DNA of 64,000 nucleotides from a virus (IMGVR_UViG_3300028197_001695:1-64000); one strand, 5' to 3'. Counted from the first letter of the stretch, positions 39,206 through 48,469 are shown. A program made the numbers and translations. Notes: generated by a model not told the origin, from the sequence alone.

Positions 39206-41110
39206 TCAAATAGTAAACGGTATAAATGTAGCGGTAGGTTTTTTCTCAGGTTTAATATGCAGAGAGTCGAAATAAACTTTGGCGAACCAATTCCCCAGAA
39301 TCAAAGCAGAATAAGAGTCTTTACGTGCTCTATTCGGTCCTTTTTGTCTTCGGATGTTTTGGGGTAGGTTAAATGACTGCGAACCTTGGGGGTTTGTAGT
39401 AACCTCAATGTTAGCACATTCTGACTTTGTAAGTTCAATGTTACTTTTTTGTTGATCAAGAAGGTCGATCATTTTTGCTCCTCTAGAAGTGGCTGTAATT
39501 TTATTATCCCACTTTATTTCATCAATAGGTAAATTCTTTTTCCTTTGCTGGTCGAAGTGATCGTCCACCGCTCTGGAAGCAAACAGTATTCTTTTATGAT
39601 CTATAGCTGCTTGTAACATCTCATTACCACTTCGAATCCAGTTAACTGTAGGTTTTCTTAAGATGCAGTATTTTCTTTCTTTCTGATTATATTGGTTCTT
39701 AAAACTAAGTATATCGTTATGCCATTGATCAGGTTTTTCCAAGTCTACTTCTATAACACCGATATCAACCTTCGCTGTTTTAAACAATTGGCTCTCATTA
39801 CAAGAATTGATGAATTGGACTCCTCCGTTATAGTCACCACATATCCCAACGATGTTAAAAGATTCTATAAGGTACAAGAAATACTTCATATGGTCTTTTA
39901 AGGACACTCCAGCCAAAGCGTAGCTATGGACAAGGCAAACCTTCTGTTCGTCCCTCAGAACCTTAAATACGTGCATAGCGAAGTGGTCAGCACTTGTGTT
40001 GCCAGCCCAGTTAGGGTCAAAAGCAAGCAAGTAGTCATCGCTTGGGTTCCCTACAACTTCAACAGCAGGAAATTCTCCATCAGCAATAGTGCAAGCTGCC
40101 ATCTTAGATAATCTAAAGTAACCGTCACTCTCGTCTACAAATTGAGCACCAAACTCTCGTTTGAACTGCATTTCGGACATAGTTTCTTTCGCTTGTTTGA
40201 GTAGGTTTTGATCGTACAATCTAGTAGGAGCACAATCATAACTTAATTGCATTATTAATCTATAAGCATCATCAGCAGCTTGCTCTTCATCATCATCATC
40301 ATCATGTCTATTTAAATCAAATTCTCCAAGAATAAGCCCCTCATACTTCTTGTAGAGCTTAAACATATACTCAAATTTGAAGGATGGAGATGAAAGTATT
40401 ATAAGTTTGTTATTGGGCCATACATACCTCTCATTCTCTTTCAGCTCGCCTTTGTCGATTAGGCGGGATTCTAGTTTATGTAGTTCCTCCCTTTCAATTG
40501 GATTTTCCACCACGCCAAGGAATGGAATAATAACTTCATTAAATATCTTTTCTGGTATTGTTAAGAACTCATCCAACACTATCCTATTAAATCGAAATCC
40601 ACGTAATCGTTCTCCGTTAGCTAACGGAAGGGCTATCGCGCGGCTATTACCAATTCTGAGGGTCCACTGGTCAGTTCCTTTCGTGATTTTCACCCCGCAT
40701 TCTTTTACAAGCTTTGCCTCTGGCTTGCTAAGGATGTCTTCCATCTTCTGGAAGATTTGTTTTGATTGCCTAAAGCTACCTGCAATAACACCAATATTAG
40801 CATTGGGATTCAGTAGACATTCAAGTAGTACATAAATAGCTGTAGAGAAAGTCTTCGACATACCCCGTGAGAATACGAACATCGAATAGTCCGATACCAT
40901 CATCCCCTTAATGGCCATAGCCTGAAATGGGAATAACTTTACTCCTAAAAATAACTCAGTGGTAAATGCAATATTAGCCCTTAAGAATTTATACAATAAA
41001 TACTTTGCTTCCTCGTCAGGCAAGTCGCCTTCAAGTGTTTTTAAATAATTATTAAATTCCGTAGCGGAGTAATCATTTCGATACCGCTGTTTTCCTTTCT
41101 GCCATGCCAT
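39206..41110 (-). CDS. terL: Terminase large subunit
   Basis: Walker A SRGMSKT, LRGFRF, Walker B IVLDEF, RNase H-like nuclease LAFDP...KDSYSA. Confidence 0.9.
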   Translation of the reverse strand: MAWQKGKQRYRNDYSATEFNNYLKTLEGDLPDEEAKYLLYKFLRANIAFTTELFLGVKLFPFQAMAIKGMMVSDYSMFVFSRGMSKTFSTAIYVLLECLLNPNANIGVIAGSFRQSKQIFQKMEDILSKPEAKLVKECGVKITKGTDQWTLRIGNSRAIALPLANGERLRGFRFNRIVLDEFLTIPEKIFNEVIIPFLGVVENPIEREELHKLESRLIDKGELKENERYVWPNNKLIILSSPSFKFEYMFKLYKKYEGLILGEFDLNRHDDDDDEEQAADDAYRLIMQLSYDCAPTRLYDQNLLKQAKETMSEMQFKREFGAQFVDESDGYFRLSKMAACTIADGEFPAVEVVGNPSDDYLLAFDPNWAGNTSADHFAMHVFKVLRDEQKVCLVHSYALAGVSLKDHMKYFLYLIESFNIVGICGDYNGGVQFINSCNESQLFKTAKVDIGVIEVDLEKPDQWHNDILSFKNQYNQKERKYCILRKPTVNWIRSGNEMLQAAIDHKRILFASRAVDDHFDQQRKKNLPIDEIKWDNKITATSRGAKMIDLLDQQKSNIELTKSECANIEVTTNPQGSQSFNLPQNIRRQKGPNRARKDSYSALILGNWFAKVYFDSLHIKPEKKPTATFIPFTI

Positions 41111-42026
41111 GAACTTTTTTTTCTAAATGATATTGAACGTCAACGTGCCAAAGACTCTGCCCGTGATATAGTATTTTAGGTATAATCTTCTTCGCCCCCG
41201 CTCTTGAGTAAGCAAAAACAAACTGTATGTTTTCTGGGTAGTCTATCATAAGACTACGGACGTTGTGCCACAAGTAACCTAAGTTCGATTTAAACTTCGA
41301 TACTTTGTTGTCTTCTTCGATTTTCCCAATAGATGACTCGACAACAATGAACATGTAAGAATTAAACTTGACACAACGATCCATTTCACGCCTGAATCTT
41401 TCAATATCTTTTCCGAAAGTTTGTCTAAAATCATCTTGAGCTTTTCTATCTACAAAGGTTTTTGAATAATATTCTCCTGCTGCGGTGTAATCACCGAAGT
41501 CTAACTTGTTCTTCATACTATTATCGAAGTTAAGAGGCTTTTGTTCTCTAGTATCGACAAATATTTGCATATCTTTATTTTCTTGCTCCCAGAAGTTCTT
41601 GGGTAAATTTTTGGTGAACCAAGATTTTATGCCCAAGTCCTCAGAGAACTCAGAGTAAGATGTCCACATTTTTCGATAGTAATCGATGTTAGGCATTTGA
41701 GCCAACATATAGTATAAATCTGGTGGGGTAAACTTAACATCTTTCTTCTCAAACCTTTCGCGGATATATTTGATTAAGTAATTTTTTGCTTTGATAGGAG
41801 AAGTCGTTTTCAGCCAAGATAAATAATTATCTACATTGTTAAAATCTTCTGAGAAGTATTGGTCATAGTTTTTGAACTGTAACAATTCTTTTGTGTAAAG
41901 ATCTCTTTTGGCATAATGCTCCACATAATACTCCCCAATAGAAGTACTATGCGCTTTAAGATGGGCATGGAAGCTTCTGCGATTATCAAAAGGCTTCCCA
42001 CACACTCTGCAAACAAATTCACTCAT
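41073..42026 (-). CDS. C2H2 zinc finger plus ERCC4/XPF-type nuclease
   Basis: CRVCGKPFDNRRSFHAHLKAH; FVDTREQKP...LDFGDY...VDRKAQDDF (ERCC4 DxRE, GDY, (E/D)RKxxxD). Confidence 0.75.
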   Translation of the reverse strand: MSEFVCRVCGKPFDNRRSFHAHLKAHSTSIGEYYVEHYAKRDLYTKELLQFKNYDQYFSEDFNNVDNYLSWLKTTSPIKAKNYLIKYIRERFEKKDVKFTPPDLYYMLAQMPNIDYYRKMWTSYSEFSEDLGIKSWFTKNLPKNFWEQENKDMQIFVDTREQKPLNFDNSMKNKLDFGDYTAAGEYYSKTFVDRKAQDDFRQTFGKDIERFRREMDRCVKFNSYMFIVVESSIGKIEEDNKVSKFKSNLGYLWHNVRSLMIDYPENIQFVFAYSRAGAKKIIPKILYHGQSLWHVDVQYHLEKKVHGMAERKTAVSK

Positions 42027-43081
42027 AATAATTCTTTTTTGGATATCCCCAAGATTCTTGCTTTATAATCGTCCATACTTTCCAATCTGTCAGCTTCTTC
42101 TTCAATTAATTTGTTTTGAAGTTCGGCCATCATGATCATACGGTCTCTTTCTTCTCGTTCTTGGAATGCTTCAACTAAAGCGAAGATAGAACCATTCTCC
42201 TCGCCCTTAGATTTCAATCTCGCAGTTCTAGATCCGTTCAAGTCTTTCGTCAGGGATTCAATGCGCTTCTCGCACTGGTTAAGCTCTTCACTGGTAGCCT
42301 TGATAATCTCCGTCAGACGCATTGTGATGTCCCTTTCGTTGTCTTGGTCGTCCAGTAGTGCATTAAGCTTGTCAATACGCATCTGGATGTGTTTCTGGCG
42401 CACGTAGTTAGCACATACAGTCACATATAGATTCAATTCGTCGTTAGTGAGGTCAGGCTTATCCCAAACAGCACGAACGAACTCGCTTTCGAATAAGTTT
42501 CTGTCAGCTAGAGTCGCATACTGATTAATAAAATGATTGAAGCGAGGGCTTTTAAAATAAAGAATTAATTGCTCTACTAGTTTCTTTTGTTTTGTTTGGA
42601 GGTTTAGTTCCTCTAGACGAGTGCCGCAGAAGTTGTTGATCTTGACAATCGCTCTGTTTATAGATTTAGGTGGAGTCCATTTCTCTTTTGTAACAATTTC
42701 ATTATCGTCTACAATCTCTGGTCTGTAAGTTCTTAAGAAATCAACAATAACCCTATGCTTCATACTCAGGGGCTGAACATCACGATCCTTGAAGGTGAGT
42801 CGAGCAATCTCTAATGCATTCATCCCAACCTCAATATTGTCAGTCATCAAGAACTCTTTTTGTTCTTTGTCCAAATGAATCTGCTCTACTTTCGGGGCAA
42901 GGGATGTTTTTGCTTTTTTATCTTGTTCAGCTAAGAACTTCCTAACTGCACGACCCTGTTTCGATCTCCCATCAATATCTTCGTCATTAAATATCTTTCG
43001 GGTTATATACATTAAGTCAGGGTTCTTTTTAAACAGTTTTAAAATCTGCTCTTTCTGCTCTTCTGTTAAATCGTATATCAT
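42023..43081 (-). CDS. Hypothetical protein, possible terminase small subunit
   Basis: Two HTH-like N-terminal repeats (LTEEQKEQI, LDKEQKEFL) and coiled-coil C-terminus, two genes upstream of terL. Confidence 0.35.
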   Translation of the reverse strand: MIYDLTEEQKEQILKLFKKNPDLMYITRKIFNDEDIDGRSKQGRAVRKFLAEQDKKAKTSLAPKVEQIHLDKEQKEFLMTDNIEVGMNALEIARLTFKDRDVQPLSMKHRVIVDFLRTYRPEIVDDNEIVTKEKWTPPKSINRAIVKINNFCGTRLEELNLQTKQKKLVEQLILYFKSPRFNHFINQYATLADRNLFESEFVRAVWDKPDLTNDELNLYVTVCANYVRQKHIQMRIDKLNALLDDQDNERDITMRLTEIIKATSEELNQCEKRIESLTKDLNGSRTARLKSKGEENGSIFALVEAFQEREERDRMIMMAELQNKLIEEEADRLESMDDYKARILGISKKELL

Positions 43082-43755
43082 TATATATCTTCCTCTTTTA
43101 CTAGCTTAGCTGCTATATTATAAAACTTCTTCTTCAGGTTATTTATTTGTTTGTATCTAGGTGTCTTTCTTTTACTTGTATCTCTCTTGAACCCAAACTT
43201 ATTAGCAACCTCTACTTCATCTACATGATCTATAAACAAAAGCTTGTATATCTCTTTATGCTTTTCGTTTAACTGACCCATAACCAAAAGATGTATCTTC
43301 ATCGATTTCTTATCATAATCTAATTCATCTTCGTTTATCCTGTCTTTAACAGAGATTAAAGAATCTAAAGAGACTGGCATCTTTAAATTAAATGCATTTT
43401 GTTTTTTGCTTTTCCATTTCATGAAGTCATCACACTCTTCATCCTGCTCTTTACTCTTAGTAAAACCACACTCATCACCTCCTAAATAAAAAGAACACCG
43501 CAAACATGGTTTAGCAAAGTTCCCATAATGATTCCTTATCAGATTTTTTATCTGATTACTAATCAACATAGAAGCCCAAGGCTTAAACGCTCTCTTCTGG
43601 TCCCACAAATGCCACTTTTTATAGATATGGATACGGATTATTTGAGACACATCGTCATAATCCAACCAAGCTATGGAATTAAGCTGCCACTTAGCCCTAT
43701 ATCTACTTAAAAGTTCTTCAATTTCTTGGACAAGGTCTTCGTAACTTTTATCCAT
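43081..43755 (-). CDS. ECF-like sigma factor with Cys-rich insertion (start moved to ATG 43755)
   Basis: DYDDVSQIIRIHIYKKWHLWD...FKPWASMLISNQIKNLIR (region 2); PCLRC...C...C; LNEKHKEIYKLLF...EVANKFG (region 4). Confidence 0.6.
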   Translation of the reverse strand: MDKSYEDLVQEIEELLSRYRAKWQLNSIAWLDYDDVSQIIRIHIYKKWHLWDQKRAFKPWASMLISNQIKNLIRNHYGNFAKPCLRCSFYLGGDECGFTKSKEQDEECDDFMKWKSKKQNAFNLKMPVSLDSLISVKDRINEDELDYDKKSMKIHLLVMGQLNEKHKEIYKLLFIDHVDEVEVANKFGFKRDTSKRKTPRYKQINNLKKKFYNIAAKLVKEEDI

Positions 43756-44122
43756 CAATATCTTGGACTCTTGATGAAGCGCAATCTGCTTGACTTTGTT
43801 TGAGCATATCCTCTCCATTAGGTAGATTTGATGCTCGTCTAGAAGTCTTATCTCTATTAGCGTCTTCAGGAGTCGCAGACTTCCAAAGATCAGTTAAGGT
43901 TGTTTGTTGCGAGTTAGCCTCTGCGATAATATCATTCTTCATTTTGTTCAAATCAAAGGAGCGAGGACTTTCTTCCTCACGTTCAATTTCAGCAACAGCT
44001 TCTTCGCGAGCTGGCGCAGGAGCAGCCGATCCAATCGTCGTACCACACGACGAACAAAACTTGGGTTTAGTCACCTCGTACACGTTTTTGTGGCCGCAGG
44101 AAGAACAGAAAACTTTATTCAT
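43748..44122 (-). CDS. Double zinc-ribbon protein
   Basis: FCSSCGHK...FCSSCGTT. Confidence 0.7.
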   Translation of the reverse strand: MNKVFCSSCGHKNVYEVTKPKFCSSCGTTIGSAAPAPAREEAVAEIEREEESPRSFDLNKMKNDIIAEANSQQTTLTDLWKSATPEDANRDKTSRRASNLPNGEDMLKQSQADCASSRVQDIDG

Positions 44123-44130
44123 ATCAAATT

Positions 44131-44805
44131 TTATTGATTTTGGGCTAATAATTCAATTTTTTCTACAAGATAACTGATAATTTTATCTCTTATCACATCT
44201 TCTTTCCCAAATTCTACACTATACACCCCTTTTTTGGAACTCTGCTCGTCTTCAAACAAAGACTTAAGCCTATCAAAACCACTATTCCTAATATCACTCT
44301 GCAAACTATCCCCACACACAAACAACTTACTGCCACGACCTATCCTTGTAAGCACTGTAGTCAATTCTCTCACACTCATATTCTGAGCCTCATCCACAAT
44401 AACCACTTTCTCCCTCCAAGTACATCCGCGCAAAAAGTTTATCGGTTCCGCTTCTAGTACCTTTTTATTTTTTAATTGCTCTTTCTCTGGCTTATTTAAT
44501 AACTCATCAATCTTATCTAAAAGCGGAGCCATATATGGCCCAAACTTATCATCGATGTCTCCTTTCAGAAAACCTATCCCCCTATCCGCACTCTCCACAA
44601 CACTACGCAAATACAATATTTTTAAGTTTTTGTCATTATTATACAAATCTAACGCAGAATAAACAGAAAGAAATGTCTTAGCTGTCCCCGCTGGACCCCC
44701 AACAAACACAATCCTTGTTTTATCATCAGTCATGATGTCATAGAATTCCTTTTGTTTCTTTGTCAATTCAATATGACCCAACAATAAGCTATTATCTTTT
44801 GCCAT
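44131..44805 (-). CDS. phoH: PhoH-family ATPase
   Basis: GPAGTAKT, GFLKGDIDDKFGPY, FLRGCT, IVDEAQN, TRIG, GDSLQSD. Confidence 0.92.
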   Translation of the reverse strand: MAKDNSLLLGHIELTKKQKEFYDIMTDDKTRIVFVGGPAGTAKTFLSVYSALDLYNNDKNLKILYLRSVVESADRGIGFLKGDIDDKFGPYMAPLLDKIDELLNKPEKEQLKNKKVLEAEPINFLRGCTWREKVVIVDEAQNMSVRELTTVLTRIGRGSKLFVCGDSLQSDIRNSGFDRLKSLFEDEQSSKKGVYSVEFGKEDVIRDKIISYLVEKIELLAQNQ

Positions 44806-44819
44806 TTGTTTTTATCTAT

Positions 44820-44824
44820 TACAC
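44820..44824 (-). promoter_or_regulatory. GTGTA candidate late-promoter motif heading the phoH-terL operon
   Basis: GTGTA 14 nt upstream of phoH ATG. Confidence 0.5.
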
Positions 44825-44994
44825 ACCAAAGCATGTAGTTTCATATTATTATATGGCGCATCCTCCATTAGTTATAAAAAAACTTTACTTATAGTGTTCA
44901 CCACCCCCCCGCTGTGTGTGTGTCAAGCACAAAAGTAAAAACTTTCAGAAAACCCCTCCCCTTTGCAAAAATGTCAGGTAATACAAAAAAAAGC

Positions 44995-45023
44995 TTTTAA
45001 TTGTCAGGCATCTGTGTTATACT
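44995..45023 (+). promoter_or_regulatory. Extended -10 early promoter, leaderless
   Basis: TTTTAA-17-(TGn)TATACT; ATG 45030 after a 6-nt gap. Confidence 0.6.
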
Positions 45024-45029
45024 ATGCCC

Positions 45030-45281
45030 ATGAAAGAAATTACCTCAATCACCACCAAGTCAGTCCAAGATCTAGAAATCAGTGATGATATGCATGACAC
45101 GGTTGAAATGGGATATATGGAAGCAGATAAGTGTTTCTACTACTGCGAATTCTCTCACAAAGGAAAGTCTTACGAGGGAGTCATTGAAGCAGTTAGGGTT
45201 TGGGACGAAGGTTCTGAATGCGCTTTCGTAGAATGGGAAGGCGATACCATTAATAACGTCGAAGAAATCGCTTGCGCTTAA
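45030..45281 (+). CDS. Small acidic early protein (start moved to ATG 45030)
   Basis: ORF track frame; second ATG fits promoter geometry. Confidence 0.65.
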   Translation: MKEITSITTKSVQDLEISDDMHDTVEMGYMEADKCFYYCEFSHKGKSYEGVIEAVRVWDEGSECAFVEWEGDTINNVEEIACA

Positions 45282-45300
45282 TTCTTTTTTCTAGTATACT
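45272..45300 (+). promoter_or_regulatory. Sigma70-type early promoter, leaderless
   Basis: TTGCGC-17-TATACT; ATG 45307 after a 6-nt gap. Confidence 0.7.
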
Positions 45301-45306
45301 ATGCTC

Positions 45307-45510
45307 ATGACAAAGATCACCTATGGCGAAGTTAAAGACTCAATAGAGTTTGGAGAAGTAGTTGAGCAAGATGGTTGCTGGGCTACTCACTTGGTAGCTT
45401 TCACCTATGAGGGTAAAGAATATACTGGTGCTATACAGTCAGACCCAGAACTGAACGGCAAAATCTATGATGACGAGGCTATCGAATACCCTGAAATTAA
45501 TTCAAAATAA
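45307..45510 (+). CDS. Small acidic early protein, possible paralogue of 45030-45281
   Basis: Shares F..EGKEYTGAI vs FSHKGKSYEGVI with its neighbour. Confidence 0.65.
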   Translation: MTKITYGEVKDSIEFGEVVEQDGCWATHLVAFTYEGKEYTGAIQSDPELNGKIYDDEAIEYPEINSK

Positions 45511-45523
45511 TAGCAAAGAAAGC

Positions 45524-45552
45524 TTGCACCACTCAGAAAAATAAAGTAAACT
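45524..45552 (+). promoter_or_regulatory. Sigma70-type early promoter, leaderless
   Basis: TTGCAC-17-TAAACT; ATG 45559 after a 6-nt gap. Confidence 0.7.
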
Positions 45553-45558
45553 CCTCAC

Positions 45559-45885
45559 ATGACCGCGACACAAGAAGCACTAGCAGCAATGGCCAAAGCA
45601 GAGCAAGGCATGAATAGCATGATCGATGACATCGTTAAATCTTCAGAAACTTTCACGCAGGATTGCAAGGAGCAGAAGGAGAAACTTTCTGACGCTCCAG
45701 CCTTTGAGCAAGCGCAAGAGAGAGCGCATGAAAACTTTGAGAACTTCATGCAGGAGAGACAAGCAGGGAGAGACTTGGATTACGTAGTGTCGGAAGCCAT
45801 CTGGCTCCTTCAGAAGACTGACCCTTTCCTAGCCAAGCACCTAAACAAAGCTCTAGGAAAATACAGAAATAATCGCGTAAAGTAA
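45559..45885 (+). CDS. Hypothetical helical early protein
   Basis: 108-aa ORF with dedicated promoter. Confidence 0.7.
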   Translation: MTATQEALAAMAKAEQGMNSMIDDIVKSSETFTQDCKEQKEKLSDAPAFEQAQERAHENFENFMQERQAGRDLDYVVSEAIWLLQKTDPFLAKHLNKALGKYRNNRVK

Positions 45886-45895
45886 CAAATAAAGC

Positions 45896-45924
45896 TTGTA
45901 GCCAACCCAAAAATAAAGTAAAAT
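45896..45924 (+). promoter_or_regulatory. Sigma70-type early promoter
   Basis: TTGTAG-17-TAAAAT; ATG 45934 after a 9-nt gap (ACTCTCGTT). Confidence 0.65.
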
Positions 45925-45933
45925 ACTCTCGTT

Positions 45934-46278
45934 ATGAAAAACACCACTACCACTACCACTACCCGCTTCGATCACGCCCTCTATGGCCTTGGAGAACAAG
46001 CATTAAAGCGCAAGCTTACCAATCGCGTTGTGACTTACCTCAATGAAGGCGAGTCTACAGTTAAGGCTGACGGGGAGCGTCAGTTAGTAATCCAAAAAGA
46101 TTTTGTGGATGGCTTTGCCAAAGGTACGGGTCGTCGCTACATCCAAGGATATGTTGCAGACCTCGACGATGGGGGTAAGATCAAGCCCCGCACCCTGCAC
46201 GTTGCAGGGATCAGCGAAGTGAAAGGTCGCTTGGCCACCGCTTGGGCCTTGGCCATGTCAGTCTATAAGAAAATCTAG
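45934..46278 (+). CDS. Hypothetical early protein
   Basis: 114-aa ORF with own promoter and terminator. Confidence 0.7.
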   Translation: MKNTTTTTTTRFDHALYGLGEQALKRKLTNRVVTYLNEGESTVKADGERQLVIQKDFVDGFAKGTGRRYIQGYVADLDDGGKIKPRTLHVAGISEVKGRLATAWALAMSVYKKI

Positions 46279-46298
46279 TTTCTGTGTGTGTGTTATTG

Positions 46299-46336
46299 GC
46301 CCGTCAGTCTCTGCGGAGGCTGGCGGGTTTTCTTTT
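46299..46336 (+). terminator. Rho-independent terminator
   Basis: GCCCGTCAGTCTC-TGCG-GAGGCTGGCGGGT followed by TTTCTTTT. Confidence 0.8.
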
Positions 46337-46446
46337 GCGGCTGGTCCCTTAGGATGAGGGTGTCACCTCATCTTAAAATAAAAAATAAAAGTGTCAAGCG
46401 TTTTACCTAAAAAAAAGTGAAATAAAATAATTAAAAAAAAGCCTCC

Positions 46447-46521
46447 TAAGTCGTTGAGTCTCAAGGAGTTAGGACGACGCGCCCCGCCCCCGCCCGTAAC
46501 TCGTTGAATACAAGTGAGTTA
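46447..46521. repeat. 75-bp double-palindrome element, copy 1
   Basis: TAAGTCGTTGAGTCTCAAGGAGTTA / GGACGACGCGCCCCGCCCCCGCCCG / TAACTCGTTGAATACAAGTGAGTTA (25+25+25). Confidence 0.85.
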
Positions 46522-46627
46522 CAAAGGTTTTTTCTATACCATAATCGCGAGGCAATGCAAGCATTAAAACAAAAAAATAAACCTGTCTGACAACTTAAAA
46601 AAAAATCATTTAATATGCAAAAAGAGC

Positions 46628-46656
46628 TTTTAATACACTCTAATCTGTGCTAAAAT
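46628..46656 (+). promoter_or_regulatory. Extended -10 early promoter, leaderless
   Basis: TTTTAA-17-(TGn)TAAAAT; ATG 46663 after a 6-nt gap. Confidence 0.6.
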
Positions 46657-46662
46657 ACACGC

Positions 46663-46938
46663 ATGACAACGAACAAAGAACACCAGTCAGCAAACTACAA
46701 TAGCAGCGTAACTTGGGATGATGGCCGCACAGTTAAATTCAACGAATACTTTGAGGTCGAGGGCTTCACCAAAGTCCTTTCTGTTTCTCCTTCTGAATAC
46801 TCTATAGAAGAAAACCTTAAGCAGCGCAAGGCTTTAGGCGGTGGCAATTCTTATGGCTACCGTTACAAGTCTATGCAGAGAGAAGAGTGGTATGTAGACT
46901 TCGAGGCAAAAGCTTTCTGGTCTTCTGACAACTGCTAA
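46663..46938 (+). CDS. Hypothetical early protein
   Basis: 91-aa ORF with own promoter. Confidence 0.7.
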   Translation: MTTNKEHQSANYNSSVTWDDGRTVKFNEYFEVEGFTKVLSVSPSEYSIEENLKQRKALGGGNSYGYRYKSMQREEWYVDFEAKAFWSSDNC

Positions 46939-46958
46939 AAAAAAAGAATAAAAAACCC

Positions 46959-46987
46959 TTGCACAGAATTAAAAAATAAACTATACT
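46959..46987 (+). promoter_or_regulatory. Sigma70-type early promoter, leaderless
   Basis: TTGCAC-17-TATACT; ATG 46994 after a 6-nt gap. Confidence 0.75.
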
Positions 46988-46993
46988 TCCCAC

Positions 46994-47185
46994 ATGACCA
47001 AGACAAACACCACCGAACGAACCGACCTAGCGAGATTCTTCAAAGAGCGCAACGCAGCAAGCGATATGCGTTTAGAGATCTCCTATCTCACTGGCCTTGC
47101 AAAATACGATAACCCTGAGATCTCAGAGAGACTTGAGAAGATTCTCGAAAAACATGACCAAGAGAGAGAACAGAACTGGCTTTAA
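46994..47185 (+). CDS. Hypothetical early protein
   Basis: 63-aa ORF with own promoter. Confidence 0.7.
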   Translation: MTKTNTTERTDLARFFKERNAASDMRLEISYLTGLAKYDNPEISERLEKILEKHDQEREQNWL

Positions 47186-47218
47186 TTCACCCGCACCCAA
47201 ACACTAACAAAAAAAATT

Positions 47219-47554
47219 ATGAATCACCGTTTAAACTACCTAAAAAACTTCGTTTCCATCGTAATGGTCACTCATCTTGCTGTGCTCGCCATCTTCGGCT
47301 TGTTGGCATACTTCGTTGGCTTACCTCAAGCCATTGACAACATAGGAGGATGGTATGAAACAAAAGCGAATGGAGAGGTATACTATCATGCGTATAACTT
47401 CCTTCACTTCATGGCTCTCACTTACCTCCCTGCTATGGTGCTGGCTCCTTGCATCACTGTAATCGACTGGATCAATGACGCACCCGCAAGACGCAAGCTC
47501 AAGCGCACACCTAACACAATCACAGGAAAAGAATTAGTTGACATAAAACTCTAA
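47219..47554 (+). CDS. Hypothetical membrane protein, two hydrophobic segments
   Basis: FVSIVMVTHLAVLAIFGLLAYFVGL and FLHFMALTYLPAMVLAPCITVI. Confidence 0.7.
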   Translation: MNHRLNYLKNFVSIVMVTHLAVLAIFGLLAYFVGLPQAIDNIGGWYETKANGEVYYHAYNFLHFMALTYLPAMVLAPCITVIDWINDAPARRKLKRTPNTITGKELVDIKL

Positions 47555-47562
47555 AATAATCT

Positions 47563-47590
47563 TTGCAATAAACTCAAAATACACTATACT
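47563..47590 (+). promoter_or_regulatory. Sigma70-type early promoter, leaderless
   Basis: TTGCAA-16-TATACT; ATG 47597 after a 6-nt gap. Confidence 0.7.
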
Positions 47591-47596
47591 AACATC

Positions 47597-47950
47597 ATGA
47601 CCGTTAAGAAACCAGCATTCATCTACTCCGTAATTGTTAAAGCCCTCAAAGACTGTCGCTTGAGAGAAGATCACGCCAAATTAGAAGATCCATCAATTGA
47701 CAACTACACTGAAGCTGTAATCATTGATATGTGCAGGGCAGCAGTTGATAATAATCGCGACATCCGTGACTTTCGCGCAGTGTGCGAGGAAACACTAAAG
47801 GTGATCCTCCGCTTGCGTAGAGATTCAATACCAATGATCGGACCGACTTGTCATAATAATCTCGTCAAGGAAGGTCTCATGATCGAAAGCGATGATCTTG
47901 AGTCGCGCCCCAAGGAGATGCTTGGCGCAGCATTCACTAAAAATAATTAA
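47597..47950 (+). CDS. Hypothetical early protein
   Basis: 117-aa ORF with own promoter. Confidence 0.7.
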   Translation: MTVKKPAFIYSVIVKALKDCRLREDHAKLEDPSIDNYTEAVIIDMCRAAVDNNRDIRDFRAVCEETLKVILRLRRDSIPMIGPTCHNNLVKEGLMIESDDLESRPKEMLGAAFTKNN

Positions 47951-47969
47951 AAAAACATTTAAAAAGGGC

Positions 47970-47998
47970 TTGCATCTAATTCTTTTCTGGAGTATACT
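47970..47998 (+). promoter_or_regulatory. Sigma70-type early promoter, leaderless
   Basis: TTGCAT-17-TATACT; ATG 48005 after a 6-nt gap. Confidence 0.75.
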
Positions 47999-48004
47999 AT
48001 CGGC

Positions 48005-48238
48005 ATGGCAACAATAACAGCAGACCAGTTAGCACTATTCGGATATGAAGCGGCCCTCAGAGGAGATGAGAGCGCGACTTGTCCAACCTCTTACCTTGGG
48101 TATGTAATCCCAGACGTATTCCCCGACGGGGAATCAGCTCAGGCAGTTTGGCGGGTAGCCTACCGTGATGGCGTAGAGTGTCGCGCAACCTACGAGGTAG
48201 AAGGCAGACAAGACGCAGCGCGAGACTGGCAAGACTAG
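48005..48238 (+). CDS. Hypothetical early protein
   Basis: 77-aa ORF with own promoter and downstream terminator. Confidence 0.7.
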   Translation: MATITADQLALFGYEAALRGDESATCPTSYLGYVIPDVFPDGESAQAVWRVAYRDGVECRATYEVEGRQDAARDWQD

Positions 48239-48261
48239 CCGCTTCCCGCACTCCCCGCAAG

Positions 48262-48286
48262 GCTCCCGAAAGGGAGCTTTTTTTTT
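48262..48286 (+). terminator. Rho-independent terminator
   Basis: GCTCCC-GAAA-GGGAGC followed by T9. Confidence 0.85.
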
Positions 48287-48345
48287 GCTTTTGTGCCTTT
48301 TTTAGCTTTACATCCCGAAAAAATCATTTTTAAATAAAAACGTTG

Positions 48346-48420
48346 TAACTCGTTGAGTATCAAGGGGTTAGGGGCCGCGCCCCCGCCGCGCCCCGTAAGT
48401 CGTTGTTAATCAGTGACTTA
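48346..48420. repeat. 75-bp double-palindrome element, copy 2
   Basis: TAACTCGTTGAGTATCAAGGGGTTA / GGGGCCGCGCCCCCGCCGCGCCCCG / TAAGTCGTTGTTAATCAGTGACTTA. Confidence 0.85.
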
Positions 48421-48439
48421 GAGCGTTTTTGATGAACTT

Positions 48440-48464
48440 TAACTCATTGAGTACCAGTGGCTTA
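48440..48464. repeat. Solo 25-bp palindrome of the same family
   Basis: TAACTCATTGAGTACCAGTGGCTTA. Confidence 0.65.
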
Positions 48465-48469
48465 TCTCT

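Noticed and set aside
5205-41110. Introns or inteins in nrdA, nrdB or terL; stop-codon recoding
   Set aside because: All three are uninterrupted and of ordinary length with no obvious intein motifs, and long genes are intact under the standard code.
44895-46295. TG dinucleotide runs (about 44913 and 46283) and the Thr-codon run in gene 45934
   Set aside because: Short microsatellites with no consistent positional pattern.
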